A stretch of 64,000 nucleotides of DNA from Rubripirellula sp. (GCA_965216875.1 OZ244207.1:4256001-4320000), one strand, 5' to 3'; positions 48,837-59,835 are shown, counted from the stretch's first letter. Translations and numbers: made by a program. The notes: generated by a model from the letters alone, not told the origin.

Positions 48837-51800
48837 ATGTCAACCAACCTGCCGCCTGAATCACTAAGCGACTCGCTTCAGCGGTTGGCTGGTTACCTGA
48901 ATTTCTCTTCGGGAACCAGCGACGTTGCAACCTTGGCGGCGTGGAACGATGTGTTCGAAGCCGCTTCACATGGCGACCCGCTTTCGGGTCCAGCGGCGTG
49001 GTTGGTGGTCAAGGATTGGCTCACCGAAACGCTGACGCAGTTGAACGAAAATGCGTCGGCCTTTCGTGACATCACTCAAGCCAACAACATTGTTCGGCTA
49101 CTTTGGAGCGAATTGCTTCCCGCCTATTTGGACTTCCATCGGGACCTGCTTTTTCATCAGGAACCCGAGGTCCTGTTCAATGGATTCTTCCTTGCTCGCG
49201 CTGCCGACGCGATCCTTGCGGTTGAATCGGATGCGGACAAAGAAGATGCCGAAATCGTGCAAGCGGCCATCGATTCGCTTGATGATTTCGTTGGCTATCG
49301 GCCTGTTGCCGTGCTCGAGAATCGCACGTGTCAACCGTACCGACACGAGTTCGTCCGCCCCGTTCCGCTTTACATTCAAGACGCAGGCGTTTCGGCCGGC
49401 CCGTACCGCGAGATCATCACGTTGGCGATCGAGGCGTTGGAAAACACCGATCCAGCAATCTTGCGTGCCGCGTCGTTCGACCCGAGTCGATTGAAGGAAC
49501 TGGCGCTCGACCCGCGTGCTTATGACTTTGATCACCCGGTCAATCGCCGTCCCAACTATCACTTCGGCGGCTGGGACCAGCACAGCATCGACGAAGACGG
49601 CTACTTTGATCGCTTCGTGCTTCGGCAAGTCACCCTCGGCGCGCTTTTGAGTCGACTTGACGAACACCCCGACATCGATCGCCAGGAATTACTGGTCGAA
49701 GCGGCATCGGTTCTTGCAGGGACAATCTTAATGGCCTCGGGCATTAGCGGCTGGGGCCCGTCGGCAATCACATCCGACGTGACGCTCAGTTCGTTGATGC
49801 AACCGATCGCGGCGTATCGCGACGCGTACTATGAACATCGACTTGAATGTTTGAGCGGCGAACATGGCGAGCGACTTGCGGGCGAACAGAAGCTCCGTCG
49901 CCAACCCTTTGGCGCCGCTCGCCAACATCTCAATGCAGCACTCGCACTTCGCCGCGCCGCCCAGCTGCAACATGTGCAACTGGCTCGGCTGTACGCGCGG
50001 ATGGGTTATCCCGATGCAGCCACCAAACAAGCCGATGTCGTCCCCGCCGCATCAGCGCGGATGATGTGTCGCATCGATTGCGCAATGACACTCGGCTTGC
50101 GGGCATTGCGAGCTGGCAAACTAAAAGAAGCGACGCCTGTTCCGAGATTGGCTTTCGACCTGCTCAAGCGGGCCATCGAATGTGGTGCCTTGATCGACCC
50201 GTGGGACATCCTGGGCTTCGGTGGCAACTTTAGCCTCTATCCCGGTCCCGAAAGTGGTGTTCACGATGCGCGCGTCGACGACCTGCTGTATTTGATCGAA
50301 CAACTCTTCGGATACACCGCTCGCGTCTGGAGTGAAGCAGCGGCGCAAAACGACGACTCGGTGTACACCGAAATGGAAACGCAATACCAAGAGATTGCGG
50401 TTTGGTTTCGGCAATTCGCGGCCCACACCATCGAGTCGATCGAAGCGACCGACCCGCTTGAATCGTTTGAATCGGCACGCTTGGTGGCTCGCGCATTGCG
50501 GCTCTGGCACAAAGGGGGCGCTGAAGCAGGCGACGTTGCTTTCTGGGCGCCCCACGCCGACCTCTTCGATTCACCCCGAGCCTATTCGTTGGTGATCTCG
50601 GCACTGCTCGAACGCGAAGACTTTGTTCCGGCGATGGCGTTGATCGTCCATTGGCTTGGCAATGCCGATCGCGTCGGCCTACGAAGTGGCGGCAACTCGC
50701 TTCCCCGCCTCTCCGAGCGGTGGCTGCTCCGCGTTCGCGATGCAGCCGAACACGACGACGATGGCTTTGGCGACACCACGATCGACCAAGCCTCTCAAAA
50801 CGACACACGTGATGTGTGGCCGATGGTACGCAAGTTCTTTGATTACCTCGAAGCCAATGCGGAAGCGTTTTGGTCGACGCCAACGTTCTCCCTAGGCAGC
50901 CAACCGAACAAGCCCAAGGATTGGGACCGCGAACTGACCGCCGCCGACGAAGATGACAGCGAAGACAATCTTTATCAGGCCGCCTATGAAGGGATGACCT
51001 ATCGCGACACCACCGACGATGGCAACGAAGGTGCGGTCTTTGAATATGGCGACGACAGCAGCGTCGATGAACTCGAAGCGGAAACGAAACGCCTCGCCGA
51101 ACACCTGAGTTTCCTGCAATCGCTGGCGCGAATGTGGTCGGTTGCCGCCGATGTTGCGGTTGCCGATGAAAACCCCGAAGACCTTGACGATCGACTGCAT
51201 TCACTCAGCTCGTGGGCCAAGCGAGCGCGTGAAAACCGCATCGGCCTGCTGGAATTGCTTGATGCGGTCCGCAACTTCAAAATTGCACCGGCCGGAAGCG
51301 ACAAAGACTCGATGCGCAGCTATGACCGGCGGCGCGTCTTACGTGACTCGTTGATGGAACGGATCATCGGCACCGCCGTCGAAATGTCGGACGCCCGACG
51401 GCTTGTTGTCGGTGCACTCCTGTCGCTTTCCGATTCGTGTGCTCGCGAAGAACTCGAAGAGATGGCCGAAGATGACGAACATGCCGTCCGCATGTTCGGT
51501 GCATTGATTTCGGGCGACTTCGAAGCGACGCGAAAAACCTACACCGGCTTCCTTGATGCCCTTCGCGACAAAAACCTGCTTTACATCCCACTGTCGCGCG
51601 GTGGTGATCCGGTCAAAATCTACCTCGCTCGACTGCGCCAACGTGTGCTTCGCCACCTGATGCATTGGTTGCCACGGCGCGGCTTGATCTCCGAAGCTTG
51701 CCATCTGGTCGAACGCGCCCGCCAGATGGAACAATCCAATCCCATCGGCGTCGGCGCTGTCACCGAATTTGACGGTCTGTTTCGCGACGGCTTTCGATCA

Positions 51801-52877
51801 TTGGTGGCATCGCTGGTCGAATCGACGCGCCAATCCTTGACCAAGGACGGCGAACAAGCCGATGAAAAAGCGGTGGCGGATGAACTGATTCCGCTGCTCG
51901 AGAAGTTGACCGAAACGATGCTCGGCAGCTGGCTCGCTCACAGCCAAACCTTGCGTTTGTCGCCGCTGGAAACCGTCATCGATCCCAAGAAGTGGGAGAT
52001 GCTCGTCGGGTTCATCAAACAGTACGGCGACCCGATGTTCACGCAGACGTTCCTACAACTCGGTAACGTTCGCGCGATCTTGCATCAAGGCGTCCAAGAA
52101 TGGCTGCAACGCGCCATCGACGAAGGTGAAGACCACCTGTGCGACACACAACTGTTCGAAGACTTGGACTCGGGCAAGCTTGAACTGAAAGATGCTCAGC
52201 GCTGGATCACATTGGTTTACGAATCATTGATCGATCACCACGCTGAATACCTCGATTACAACAGCACGACGACGCAGAGTGATCGTGGTGACTTGGTTTA
52301 CATGTTCCTTGATTTCTTGCGACTACGTGTTCGTTACGAACGTATCGCCTGGAATTTGAAACCGGTGATGTGGGCTCACGAAGTGCTGGTGCGAAGTGGG
52401 CTCGAAAATGCAGCGATGATGTGGCGTCGAAGCTTGAGTGAACGCATCGGGTCGGAAGCCGATGTTTATGTCGAACGCCTACGTGCGATGCAAACGAACT
52501 ATGCCATGCGGATGCCAACGGTTGCGGATCGGATTCTCGAACGCTTTGTTCAACCGATGACGATTGACCGAATGCGAGCATTGGTTGGCCCGGCGATGGG
52601 TGATGCAGAAGCCAATCGCGAAAGCCGCTCGTTCGATCTGCTTGAGCAAGAATGTGAATTACTGACCCGCCATCCGACGGGTGTCGGACTCGATGTCCCC
52701 GCTTGGCTTGATGCACTTGAGCAAGAAGTTGAACAGCTAGCAAAACGTCGGTCGAGTAGTGAAATCGATCCACAAAGTTTGATGACGATCACAATCGTGC
52801 CGTTAAGCGTTGAAAAAATCGTTGAGGAACTGACGATTGCAAAACATCAGGGTCGACGCTTGCCTCACATGAAGTGA
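48837..52877 (+). CDS. Large hypothetical protein (about 1346 aa), mostly helical
   Basis: Long uninterrupted ORF with typical codon usage; no family recognised. Confidence 0.88.
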   Translation: MSTNLPPESLSDSLQRLAGYLNFSSGTSDVATLAAWNDVFEAASHGDPLSGPAAWLVVKDWLTETLTQLNENASAFRDITQANNIVRLLWSELLPAYLDFHRDLLFHQEPEVLFNGFFLARAADAILAVESDADKEDAEIVQAAIDSLDDFVGYRPVAVLENRTCQPYRHEFVRPVPLYIQDAGVSAGPYREIITLAIEALENTDPAILRAASFDPSRLKELALDPRAYDFDHPVNRRPNYHFGGWDQHSIDEDGYFDRFVLRQVTLGALLSRLDEHPDIDRQELLVEAASVLAGTILMASGISGWGPSAITSDVTLSSLMQPIAAYRDAYYEHRLECLSGEHGERLAGEQKLRRQPFGAARQHLNAALALRRAAQLQHVQLARLYARMGYPDAATKQADVVPAASARMMCRIDCAMTLGLRALRAGKLKEATPVPRLAFDLLKRAIECGALIDPWDILGFGGNFSLYPGPESGVHDARVDDLLYLIEQLFGYTARVWSEAAAQNDDSVYTEMETQYQEIAVWFRQFAAHTIESIEATDPLESFESARLVARALRLWHKGGAEAGDVAFWAPHADLFDSPRAYSLVISALLEREDFVPAMALIVHWLGNADRVGLRSGGNSLPRLSERWLLRVRDAAEHDDDGFGDTTIDQASQNDTRDVWPMVRKFFDYLEANAEAFWSTPTFSLGSQPNKPKDWDRELTAADEDDSEDNLYQAAYEGMTYRDTTDDGNEGAVFEYGDDSSVDELEAETKRLAEHLSFLQSLARMWSVAADVAVADENPEDLDDRLHSLSSWAKRARENRIGLLELLDAVRNFKIAPAGSDKDSMRSYDRRRVLRDSLMERIIGTAVEMSDARRLVVGALLSLSDSCAREELEEMAEDDEHAVRMFGALISGDFEATRKTYTGFLDALRDKNLLYIPLSRGGDPVKIYLARLRQRVLRHLMHWLPRRGLISEACHLVERARQMEQSNPIGVGAVTEFDGLFRDGFRSLVASLVESTRQSLTKDGEQADEKAVADELIPLLEKLTETMLGSWLAHSQTLRLSPLETVIDPKKWEMLVGFIKQYGDPMFTQTFLQLGNVRAILHQGVQEWLQRAIDEGEDHLCDTQLFEDLDSGKLELKDAQRWITLVYESLIDHHAEYLDYNSTTTQSDRGDLVYMFLDFLRLRVRYERIAWNLKPVMWAHEVLVRSGLENAAMMWRRSLSERIGSEADVYVERLRAMQTNYAMRMPTVADRILERFVQPMTIDRMRALVGPAMGDAEANRESRSFDLLEQECELLTRHPTGVGLDVPAWLDALEQEVEQLAKRRSSSEIDPQSLMTITIVPLSVEKIVEELTIAKHQGRRLPHMK

Positions 52878-52967
52878 TTGCCTCTCAATAAATCTTTACA
52901 ATTCGGCCGCCGCCCGGCATACTGCCGCGACGAACCAATGGAACCGCGCCGAAATGAATGTACACGG

Positions 52968-53780
52968 ATGAACACGCTTGCAATCAGTCAGTTGTCGACG
53001 CTTCGATGGAACTTCGAAGACGACGCCCAAGCCTACGCTGAACGTGGTTTTGGAGGAATCGGCATCTATCGACCGAAACTCGAAGACTTTGGTCTCGATC
53101 GGGCGGTCGAGTTGTTGGCCGAAACCGAGCTCGATGTCACGTCGCTTTCATGGGTTGGCGGCTTTACGGGCAGTGACGGGCGTGCCTACGAAGATGCCGT
53201 TGCCGACGCCATCAACGCAGTACGTGACGCGGCTAACTTGCAAGCCGACACGTTGATCGTGCTTGCGGGCGGTCGCAACAATCACATTCGCAATCACGCG
53301 CGGCGAACCCTCTGTGACGCCTTAAAGGAAATCGCGGCTGTTGCCGAAGAGTTTGGTGTTCGTCTTTCACTTGAACCGATTCACCCAGGTTGTGGCGACG
53401 AATGGTCCTTCGTCACCGACTTGCAATCGACGCTTGACATTATCGAAGCGGTCGACAGTCGCGCGCTTGGTTTGGTGCTCGACACGTACCACGTCGGTAT
53501 GGACGAAGAAGCGGTCAAGTGGCTACCGGACCTGATCGAGCACCTGCATCTCGTGCAACTGGGCGACGCACGTCACAGTCCGCTCGGCGAAATGAACCGA
53601 TGCCTACTTGGCGAAGGCTGTGTTCCCATTTCGACGATTTTGGAAACCCTTGCGGATTACCGCTACAAAGGCCCCTTCGAAGTCGAATTGATTGGCGAAG
53701 ATGTCGAAGCGTTGAGTTACGAAACCGTACTCGACCACACGCGAGATTACATCGATCGGATGCTGGTGCAGCAGTCGTAG
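52968..53780 (+). CDS. Sugar phosphate isomerase/epimerase (xylose-isomerase-like TIM barrel)
   Basis: LSLEP, LDTYH, VQLGD, GEG, FEVE. Confidence 0.9.
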   Translation: MNTLAISQLSTLRWNFEDDAQAYAERGFGGIGIYRPKLEDFGLDRAVELLAETELDVTSLSWVGGFTGSDGRAYEDAVADAINAVRDAANLQADTLIVLAGGRNNHIRNHARRTLCDALKEIAAVAEEFGVRLSLEPIHPGCGDEWSFVTDLQSTLDIIEAVDSRALGLVLDTYHVGMDEEAVKWLPDLIEHLHLVQLGDARHSPLGEMNRCLLGEGCVPISTILETLADYRYKGPFEVELIGEDVEALSYETVLDHTRDYIDRMLVQQS

Positions 53781-53984
53781 CGGCTGGCCATGCGTGTGAT
53801 TCGTGCCATTCGTGGTTTCTCCTCTTACCTCCAAGAAACCTGCGGCTCGCGGAAACTCCTCTTTACTCTGCGCGGCCGCTCTTGGTAGCCCTTGTTCTTG
53901 TCGATGGCTGCGCGACATCGCTAGCAATCGAAAAAACCGAAATCGTGTCACGATGTCACGAAAAAGAATCAGGGAGTCGATTCG

Positions 53985-54413
53985 ATGCTCAAAACGCTCA
54001 TTGTCCTGACGGCACTTTGGTCCGGCACCTCGCCAGCCACACAAGCGCGCGAAAACCAGCGTCAACGCGTCGACATGATCGAGCTCAATCACTTCGTTGA
54101 CGAAGATGGGCGTGAAGTCTTTCGGCAGGTCATTTTTTATGACTGGTCCAAATCACAACGTCGCTTTCATGTCCGCGCGTGGCGACTGATCAAGCATGAA
54201 AACCAACTTCCCCGGCGACGCTGGAACCCAGCCTATTACGAATGTTCGTGGCATGATGAAGGCATCTTGCGCCGAGTCTGGGCACCTTCGTTGCGAGAAA
54301 CTTGGACTCAACGGGACCCCGAGCGGGTGAATCGTTCCGTACTTCCCGAAGACCAACGCGTGCCGCTCTTTCCGCCTCGGATTGCCAAACAGCCCGCGGC
54401 AACCGTTCGATAG
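53985..54413 (+). CDS. Secreted hypothetical protein
   Basis: Signal peptide; RBS agggag; Trp/Arg-rich globular domain. Confidence 0.8.
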   Translation: MLKTLIVLTALWSGTSPATQARENQRQRVDMIELNHFVDEDGREVFRQVIFYDWSKSQRRFHVRAWRLIKHENQLPRRRWNPAYYECSWHDEGILRRVWAPSLRETWTQRDPERVNRSVLPEDQRVPLFPPRIAKQPAATVR

Positions 54414-54523
54414 GCCACGCCACTGGTGCCCAAACACACAGAAGCACGATCACTTCTACGCTAAACTGAGAGAGGCTCTTCGGAACTGCCCCGATTCCGT
54501 TTCTCGTCAGGCCTCTTTTCGTG

Positions 54524-55177
54524 ATGCACCGCTTGTTGATCGTCGCCATCGCGACGCTGCTGCCTCAATTTGGAAACGCCCAGGATCCGATTCCGCTGCG
54601 AGATCTCCCGACACCCTCAAGCGAGATCCAAGAGTTACTCAAACGTGGCAAGGTCAAATTTGTCACCGGACGTCGGCTGGCCCAATCTCCTTCCGGTTCG
54701 AAACTGAGTGCCGAAACGCACTACAGAATGCGATACACGTATCACTCCAAGCAGAGTTGGCGTTTGCACAATGTCGGCGGTCGCCGAACGCTGCGAGTGA
54801 ACGTCACCTACTCGCGCGTCGGCGTCTTCAGCGAACACACCGTTTGGCTTCAGAACCCGCCTGAAACTTCATCGTTTTGGGACAGCAAGCTTGTGCTTCA
54901 TGAACTCGACCATGTCCGCATCACGAGCGACGAGCGTCTCAAAGCGAGCTACCAACGATTGCTACGTGCGGAAGCCTCGTTCGACTATCCACTTGGGGGC
55001 AACGAGCGGGCCAGTGATGCGCTGGCCGACCGCTTGGTGCAACAACGAACGGAGCATTGGTTTGACCAAATTCGCGAGTTGGCCGACGTTCGCTATCGGG
55101 AACTCGATCGCATTACCAACCATGGCCGAAAACCGCTCCCGAATGACACGCCGCTACGCGAAATCCTCAGACGCTAG
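54524..55177 (+). CDS. Secreted putative Zn-dependent protease (DUF922-like)
   Basis: Signal peptide; HELDH (HExxH) motif; ELDRITNHG. Confidence 0.7.
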   Translation: MHRLLIVAIATLLPQFGNAQDPIPLRDLPTPSSEIQELLKRGKVKFVTGRRLAQSPSGSKLSAETHYRMRYTYHSKQSWRLHNVGGRRTLRVNVTYSRVGVFSEHTVWLQNPPETSSFWDSKLVLHELDHVRITSDERLKASYQRLLRAEASFDYPLGGNERASDALADRLVQQRTEHWFDQIRELADVRYRELDRITNHGRKPLPNDTPLREILRR

Positions 55178-55414
55178 CGTGGTCGCGAAGCATGATCGTC
55201 GATGGCAAGGCGATTGGCACGCTTCATTTCCTGTCAACCGGTCTTCCCGCTCTTTTCCGCGGCGTTTGGCTGATCGATTGGGAAAAATGTTGCGTCGAAT
55301 TGAGGATCGCGATGGCGTTGGGGGGTTTAGGTCGATCGGCGGCGCGTGGTAAATTTCAAGGCTTGCAGATGCCACACGGCACCCCCATCACACTCGAATT
55401 TTGGCAACGCCCTA

Positions 55415-57580
55415 ATGTCGGTCGACACCTACGCAATTTGTCCCTGCGGTAGCGGAAAGAAAATCAAGTTTTGCCACAAGTGCGCAGACTCCGTTGGCGA
55501 CCTTGATCGTGTCTTGACCATGGTCGAAGGCGGCCAGGTCGTTCCTGCACTCGACCGGCTTTCGCAAATCTTGCAAGACCACCCGGATGCCGCGTGGGCG
55601 CTCGCTATTCGCGGACGGCTGCTGCTCGATCTCCGTGAATACGAATCGCTTACCGACAACGCGGAACGTTTCATTCGCTTGCAGCCCAGCAATCCCCTCG
55701 CGTTGACTCAGCGCGCAGCGGCATTGCTTTTCCAGAACAAACGCGAAGAAGCAACCGAGACGCTCCTCGAAGCACTGACCGAGAGCGGCAAAGATGTCGA
55801 CGCGTTTGTCTTGGACATCGCCTCCGTCCTCGGTTTCTCGCTCGCCCAGGCCGGCTTCTTCCTGACCGCTCGCTTGTACTCGACACTGGCGATGATGGCG
55901 CCAGGTTACGAAGGTGGTCGCTCTGCAGTGCAAGTGTTGCGTGAGTTGAACCAGTCGCAATCGCTCAGCCAGTTGCTCAAGACCGTCCCGCACGAAATCT
56001 CGCGTCCAGCCGACGTCGATTGGGCCGAACGCTATGACGAAGCAGCCGGGCTGCTCCGCAGCAACAAGATCGTTCTTGCACAATCCAAGTTCGAGTCACT
56101 GCAACGCTCTCACGCCGGCCAACCCGCAGTCCTCTCGGGTCTTTTGATCTGTGCCGTTTGGCGTGGCGACGTCGACGCTCAATCATCTTTGATGAAAAAG
56201 CTCTCCGAATGCGAGTCACTCGATTTCGAAGAACGAGCACGCTATCTCGCCATGTCGGCGTTGATTAAAACGAGCATGCCCGACCTTTCGGTCGAAACGG
56301 TCCAACTGAAATCGGATATCGACAAAGCGGACGAAGTTGAACTCGCCCTGACAGCAGACGAGCGCATGGTTGCGTTGCCACCTGAAATGGTTGCCAACAT
56401 GCGAACCAGCCCTGACGACGTGCCACCACGTTCGGGCTTCCAGGTGATCGACCGCGACAAGCCCGAATCGCTCGACCAACTTCCGCCAGTCGGCGAAGTC
56501 CCCGAGTCGCTCGCGACCGTCTTGCTCTATGGCAAACAAACGGATCGCGAAGCTCGCATCGAAGTCCTCGATGTTCGCGCCGGCGATTCCGACGAGGTCA
56601 AGCAACGTCTGAGCGGTTTGATCGGCGACCACCAATTGACTCAAGAAGCTGGCGACCCGATGCCACTTGTCATCGCTTGCCAACCTCCCGTGGCCATGTT
56701 GCGTTTCCAAGCCAAGCCAGCCGAAGCGGAAAAACTGCAATCCGATCTGACGCTCGCGCGAATGCCCGAAATCATCGTCAATTCCAAGATGGGCATCTTG
56801 GGCGGCAAGTCACTGGCCGAAACCGCTGGCGACGACTCGCTGTTGCTCGAAAGGACGGCAATGGTTCGCGTTGTCGAGCAATACGACAGCATCCTGTCCA
56901 AAGGTGACTCGGTCATCGATGCCGTTTACAAAGCCTCCGGCATCGATCCGCTGCCCGCGATCAAGCCATCCAAAGAAGAAATCGAAACGCTCGGCAACGA
57001 AGACCTGCATCGCATCGACCCAAGCGAATTGGATGCCGAGTCGCTGGTCTACATCATTCAACGTGCCCAGCAAATCTCCTCGACGCGAGCACTGCGAACG
57101 TGCAGCGAGCGACTTCTGGAAATGGAACTGAGTGACGAAGAAAAGCCAGCCAAAATGGTTGCCTACGTTTCACTCGTCAACACAGCCACCAACAACGAAC
57201 AAGCGTTGGCCAAGCTCGACGAAGCCAAGGCGTATGCCGAACAGTACGACATCCCAATCCCAAGTCTGCTGTTGTCAGAAATCAGCTTGCGGGTTTCAGC
57301 GGGCGATGCCGAAGGGTTCCAACGAGCGGTCGAGACGCTTGGCACCCGACACGGCAACGAACCCGAGATCATGGCCCAGCTTCAGCAGATCTTGATGGCC
57401 TACGGTTTCATCAACCCAGACGGTTCGCCACGAACGGCACCCGGCGGTCCGCCAACCGCTGCTGCTCCCGCTGGCGCAGCACAGCAAGGCGGTGGACTAT
57501 GGACGCCCGATTCAGGAGCCCCACCCGCATCTGACGGCGGCCAAGGCGGAGGAAAACTCTGGGTCCCAGGAATGGATTGA
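55415..57580 (+). CDS. SEC-C (zinc-binding) motif protein with TPR-like helices
   Basis: CPCGSGKKIKFC at the N-terminus; helical repeats; Gly/Pro-rich tail. Confidence 0.85.
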   Translation: MSVDTYAICPCGSGKKIKFCHKCADSVGDLDRVLTMVEGGQVVPALDRLSQILQDHPDAAWALAIRGRLLLDLREYESLTDNAERFIRLQPSNPLALTQRAAALLFQNKREEATETLLEALTESGKDVDAFVLDIASVLGFSLAQAGFFLTARLYSTLAMMAPGYEGGRSAVQVLRELNQSQSLSQLLKTVPHEISRPADVDWAERYDEAAGLLRSNKIVLAQSKFESLQRSHAGQPAVLSGLLICAVWRGDVDAQSSLMKKLSECESLDFEERARYLAMSALIKTSMPDLSVETVQLKSDIDKADEVELALTADERMVALPPEMVANMRTSPDDVPPRSGFQVIDRDKPESLDQLPPVGEVPESLATVLLYGKQTDREARIEVLDVRAGDSDEVKQRLSGLIGDHQLTQEAGDPMPLVIACQPPVAMLRFQAKPAEAEKLQSDLTLARMPEIIVNSKMGILGGKSLAETAGDDSLLLERTAMVRVVEQYDSILSKGDSVIDAVYKASGIDPLPAIKPSKEEIETLGNEDLHRIDPSELDAESLVYIIQRAQQISSTRALRTCSERLLEMELSDEEKPAKMVAYVSLVNTATNNEQALAKLDEAKAYAEQYDIPIPSLLLSEISLRVSAGDAEGFQRAVETLGTRHGNEPEIMAQLQQILMAYGFINPDGSPRTAPGGPPTAAAPAGAAQQGGGLWTPDSGAPPASDGGQGGGKLWVPGMD

Positions 57581-57617
57581 TCCGAGTTCATCCATCCTTG
57601 TTCCCATCTCAACCCTT

Positions 57618-57783
57618 GTTCCCACGCTCTGCGTGGGAACACACTCTTCGGACGCTCCGCGTCCCAAACACCGACCGCAACGACCTGTGCAAGGCCCGAC
57701 GCTAACGCGTTCGGCTCACAGATGATTGCGCCAATTTGGGTTTGTTGGAAGCCGCTGAAGATTCCGGCTGAAGCCGGTACTAC
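57618..57783. repeat. Composite REP cluster (three families)
   Basis: gttcccacgctctgcgtgggaac; gcccgacgctaacgcgttcggctcac; ccggctgaagccggtactac. Confidence 0.82.
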
Positions 57784-57793
57784 GAACGGCAAT

Positions 57794-58522
57794 CTACGAT
57801 GGCAGCACTGTTTGCATAAGATCATCGACGGCGTACGGCTTCGCGGCGGCGAATGACTCGCCCGCTTGTTTGCCGGCGGCTGCTCCGGTGACGACGGCGG
57901 CGGCTCGAACGCGGTCAAGGATCTTTGGCTTGTGATCGAACTGGGTTTTGTAACACTCAATCGACTCGATCTTTTTGTCGATCGTTTCTGACACGTCCAC
58001 GATCAAGTGGTGCGAGTTTCCTGGAATCGCGTCGGGTTCTACAGCCAACCGAAAATAGAGCTGCGACGATACCGAGTGAACAGGAAGATTGTCAAAGTGG
58101 TCGTCCCATTTCGTCAGGCGACTGTAAAAGACAGCCGCGTCAGTGATCTGCATTGCTTGCCAATGATCGGGGGAAGCCATGGGCGTCTTATCGCCAAAGC
58201 CAATCACGAGACGTGGTCGAAACTTGCGAAACACTTTCCCGAGCGCAACACGATGCTCGAAGCAGTCGAAGAGGCGACGATTCGGCAAGTCGAGTTGAAT
58301 CCGCTCGTGAACACCGAGCACTGCAGCAGCCGCTCGTGCCTCGGCCATGCGCACTTCCGGACCGGGTGAATTTGGCGTCGGTTCACCATCGGTCAAATCG
58401 ACAATGCCAACCCGATAACCTTGCGAAACCAGTTTCGCGAGTGTCGCGCCGCATGCGATTTCAACGTCATCGGGGTGAGCCCCCACGGCAATCACGTCGA
58501 GAGGTTCTGGTAGATCGGTCAT
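57794..58522 (-). CDS. PIG-L family deacetylase (BshB1-like)
   Basis: [23 protein letters not shown]. Confidence 0.9.
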   Translation of the reverse strand: MTDLPEPLDVIAVGAHPDDVEIACGATLAKLVSQGYRVGIVDLTDGEPTPNSPGPEVRMAEARAAAAVLGVHERIQLDLPNRRLFDCFEHRVALGKVFRKFRPRLVIGFGDKTPMASPDHWQAMQITDAAVFYSRLTKWDDHFDNLPVHSVSSQLYFRLAVEPDAIPGNSHHLIVDVSETIDKKIESIECYKTQFDHKPKILDRVRAAAVVTGAAAGKQAGESFAAAKPYAVDDLMQTVLPS

Positions 58523-58653
58523 GGTCGCTTCGTCGAGTGTTGATGAGGAAGTTCGATAAAGGTTCTCAGGAGAATGTCTTTTCAGTTTCGCCGTTCGCCA
58601 GCCAAACGCAACGCCCTTGAAATGGCAACGCTTGAATCCTCAACGCTTGAGTC

Positions 58654-59811
58654 TTAGACATCGGCAGAGCTCTTGAGATCGCGGCGGTATTGGCCGGGCG
58701 TCTTTTCGAATGCCTGGCGAAACTGAGCGACCATGTATGCGGTGTAGCTGAACCCGGCAAGTTTGGTGATTGCGTCGAGCTTCAAGTCGGTTTCGCGCAA
58801 CAACTCCTTAACCCGCTCAAGACGAATGCGACGGATTTCTTCGAGCGGCGATCGCCCCACGTGCGTCTGAAAACGTCTCTCCAAAGTGCGCCGGTTCATC
58901 GGCACCGCTTTCAACAGTTCCGCCACATCCAAGCCGGTACAGGCGTTTCGCCGAATGCATCCGAGTGCCGCGGCCACATCGGCATCCGCAATGGCGATCG
59001 TGTCGGTACTTTGTCGCGAAACGACGCCGACGGGCGAAACGACTCGGTTTCCCAAAGGTGGCGGATCGCCTTCGAGCCATTGGTCAAGCAACCGCGCCGC
59101 CTCGCGACCGATCGCGTCGGTGTTCGGAGCAACACTTGTCAGCGGTGGGTCACAGAGGTCACACAAGACTTCATCGTTATCAACGCCGATGATTGCGACG
59201 TGCTCTGGAACGAGGACCTCGGCGTCACGACAAACATCAAGCAACGTACGAGCGGTTGCGTCGTAACAGGTCATCACGCCGGCCGGCTTGGGAAGCGATT
59301 CGATCCAGCGCATCATTTGCTCGCGGTGCCGATACCAGGGCACCGTGCGATTGACCGACGAGGATTCGAGCACGCTACATGTGTGTCCCGCCTGCTCGAT
59401 CTCACGAACGAAATGGTCACGCCGAGTGTCCGACCAGATGTATCCTTTCAGGCCCACGTAGCCAAACGACCGAAACCCTCGCTGCAACAGATGCTCGGCA
59501 GCCAACACCGCACACTGGCCGTTGTCGTTGATCACTCCGCAGACGTCGTCAGGGTTCTCCTCCCCCAAGCAGATCGTCGGGACGCCAACGTCGAGGACTT
59601 TCGAAATCGTTTCGGGCCGTAGAGAGCGGATGATGATCCCGTCACAATGTTTGGGCGACAGCCATCTGGGAACGTCGTCATCCAAGCCGCGTTCCTCGAC
59701 ATCGATCGTCCAACGGTCCCGGACGCGTGCATATTGGCCAATTCCGGTCAAAATCCCTCGGCCAAACGCCTTGGATGTCTCGATCAGCAGCGAAATACGG
59801 TGGTTTTTCAT
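58654..59811 (-). CDS. XylR-type regulator (LacI-like sensor + AraC HTH)
   Basis: LIETSKAFGRGILTGI, IIGVDNDE, C-terminal RRTLERRF...LAGFS...F...TPGQYR. Confidence 0.92.
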   Translation of the reverse strand: MKNHRISLLIETSKAFGRGILTGIGQYARVRDRWTIDVEERGLDDDVPRWLSPKHCDGIIIRSLRPETISKVLDVGVPTICLGEENPDDVCGVINDNGQCAVLAAEHLLQRGFRSFGYVGLKGYIWSDTRRDHFVREIEQAGHTCSVLESSSVNRTVPWYRHREQMMRWIESLPKPAGVMTCYDATARTLLDVCRDAEVLVPEHVAIIGVDNDEVLCDLCDPPLTSVAPNTDAIGREAARLLDQWLEGDPPPLGNRVVSPVGVVSRQSTDTIAIADADVAAALGCIRRNACTGLDVAELLKAVPMNRRTLERRFQTHVGRSPLEEIRRIRLERVKELLRETDLKLDAITKLAGFSYTAYMVAQFRQAFEKTPGQYRRDLKSSADV

Positions 59812-59835
59812 GCCTGAAGGGGTGAGCCGGAAAGC

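Noticed and set aside
55215..55231. Second sigma-54 promoter (TGGCAC) upstream of the SEC-C gene
   Set aside because: The -12 TTGC element is absent at the required spacing.
57794..58522. Bacillithiol biosynthesis locus
   Set aside because: Only a BshB1-like deacetylase is present, with no bshA or bshC adjacent, so the substrate cannot be assigned.
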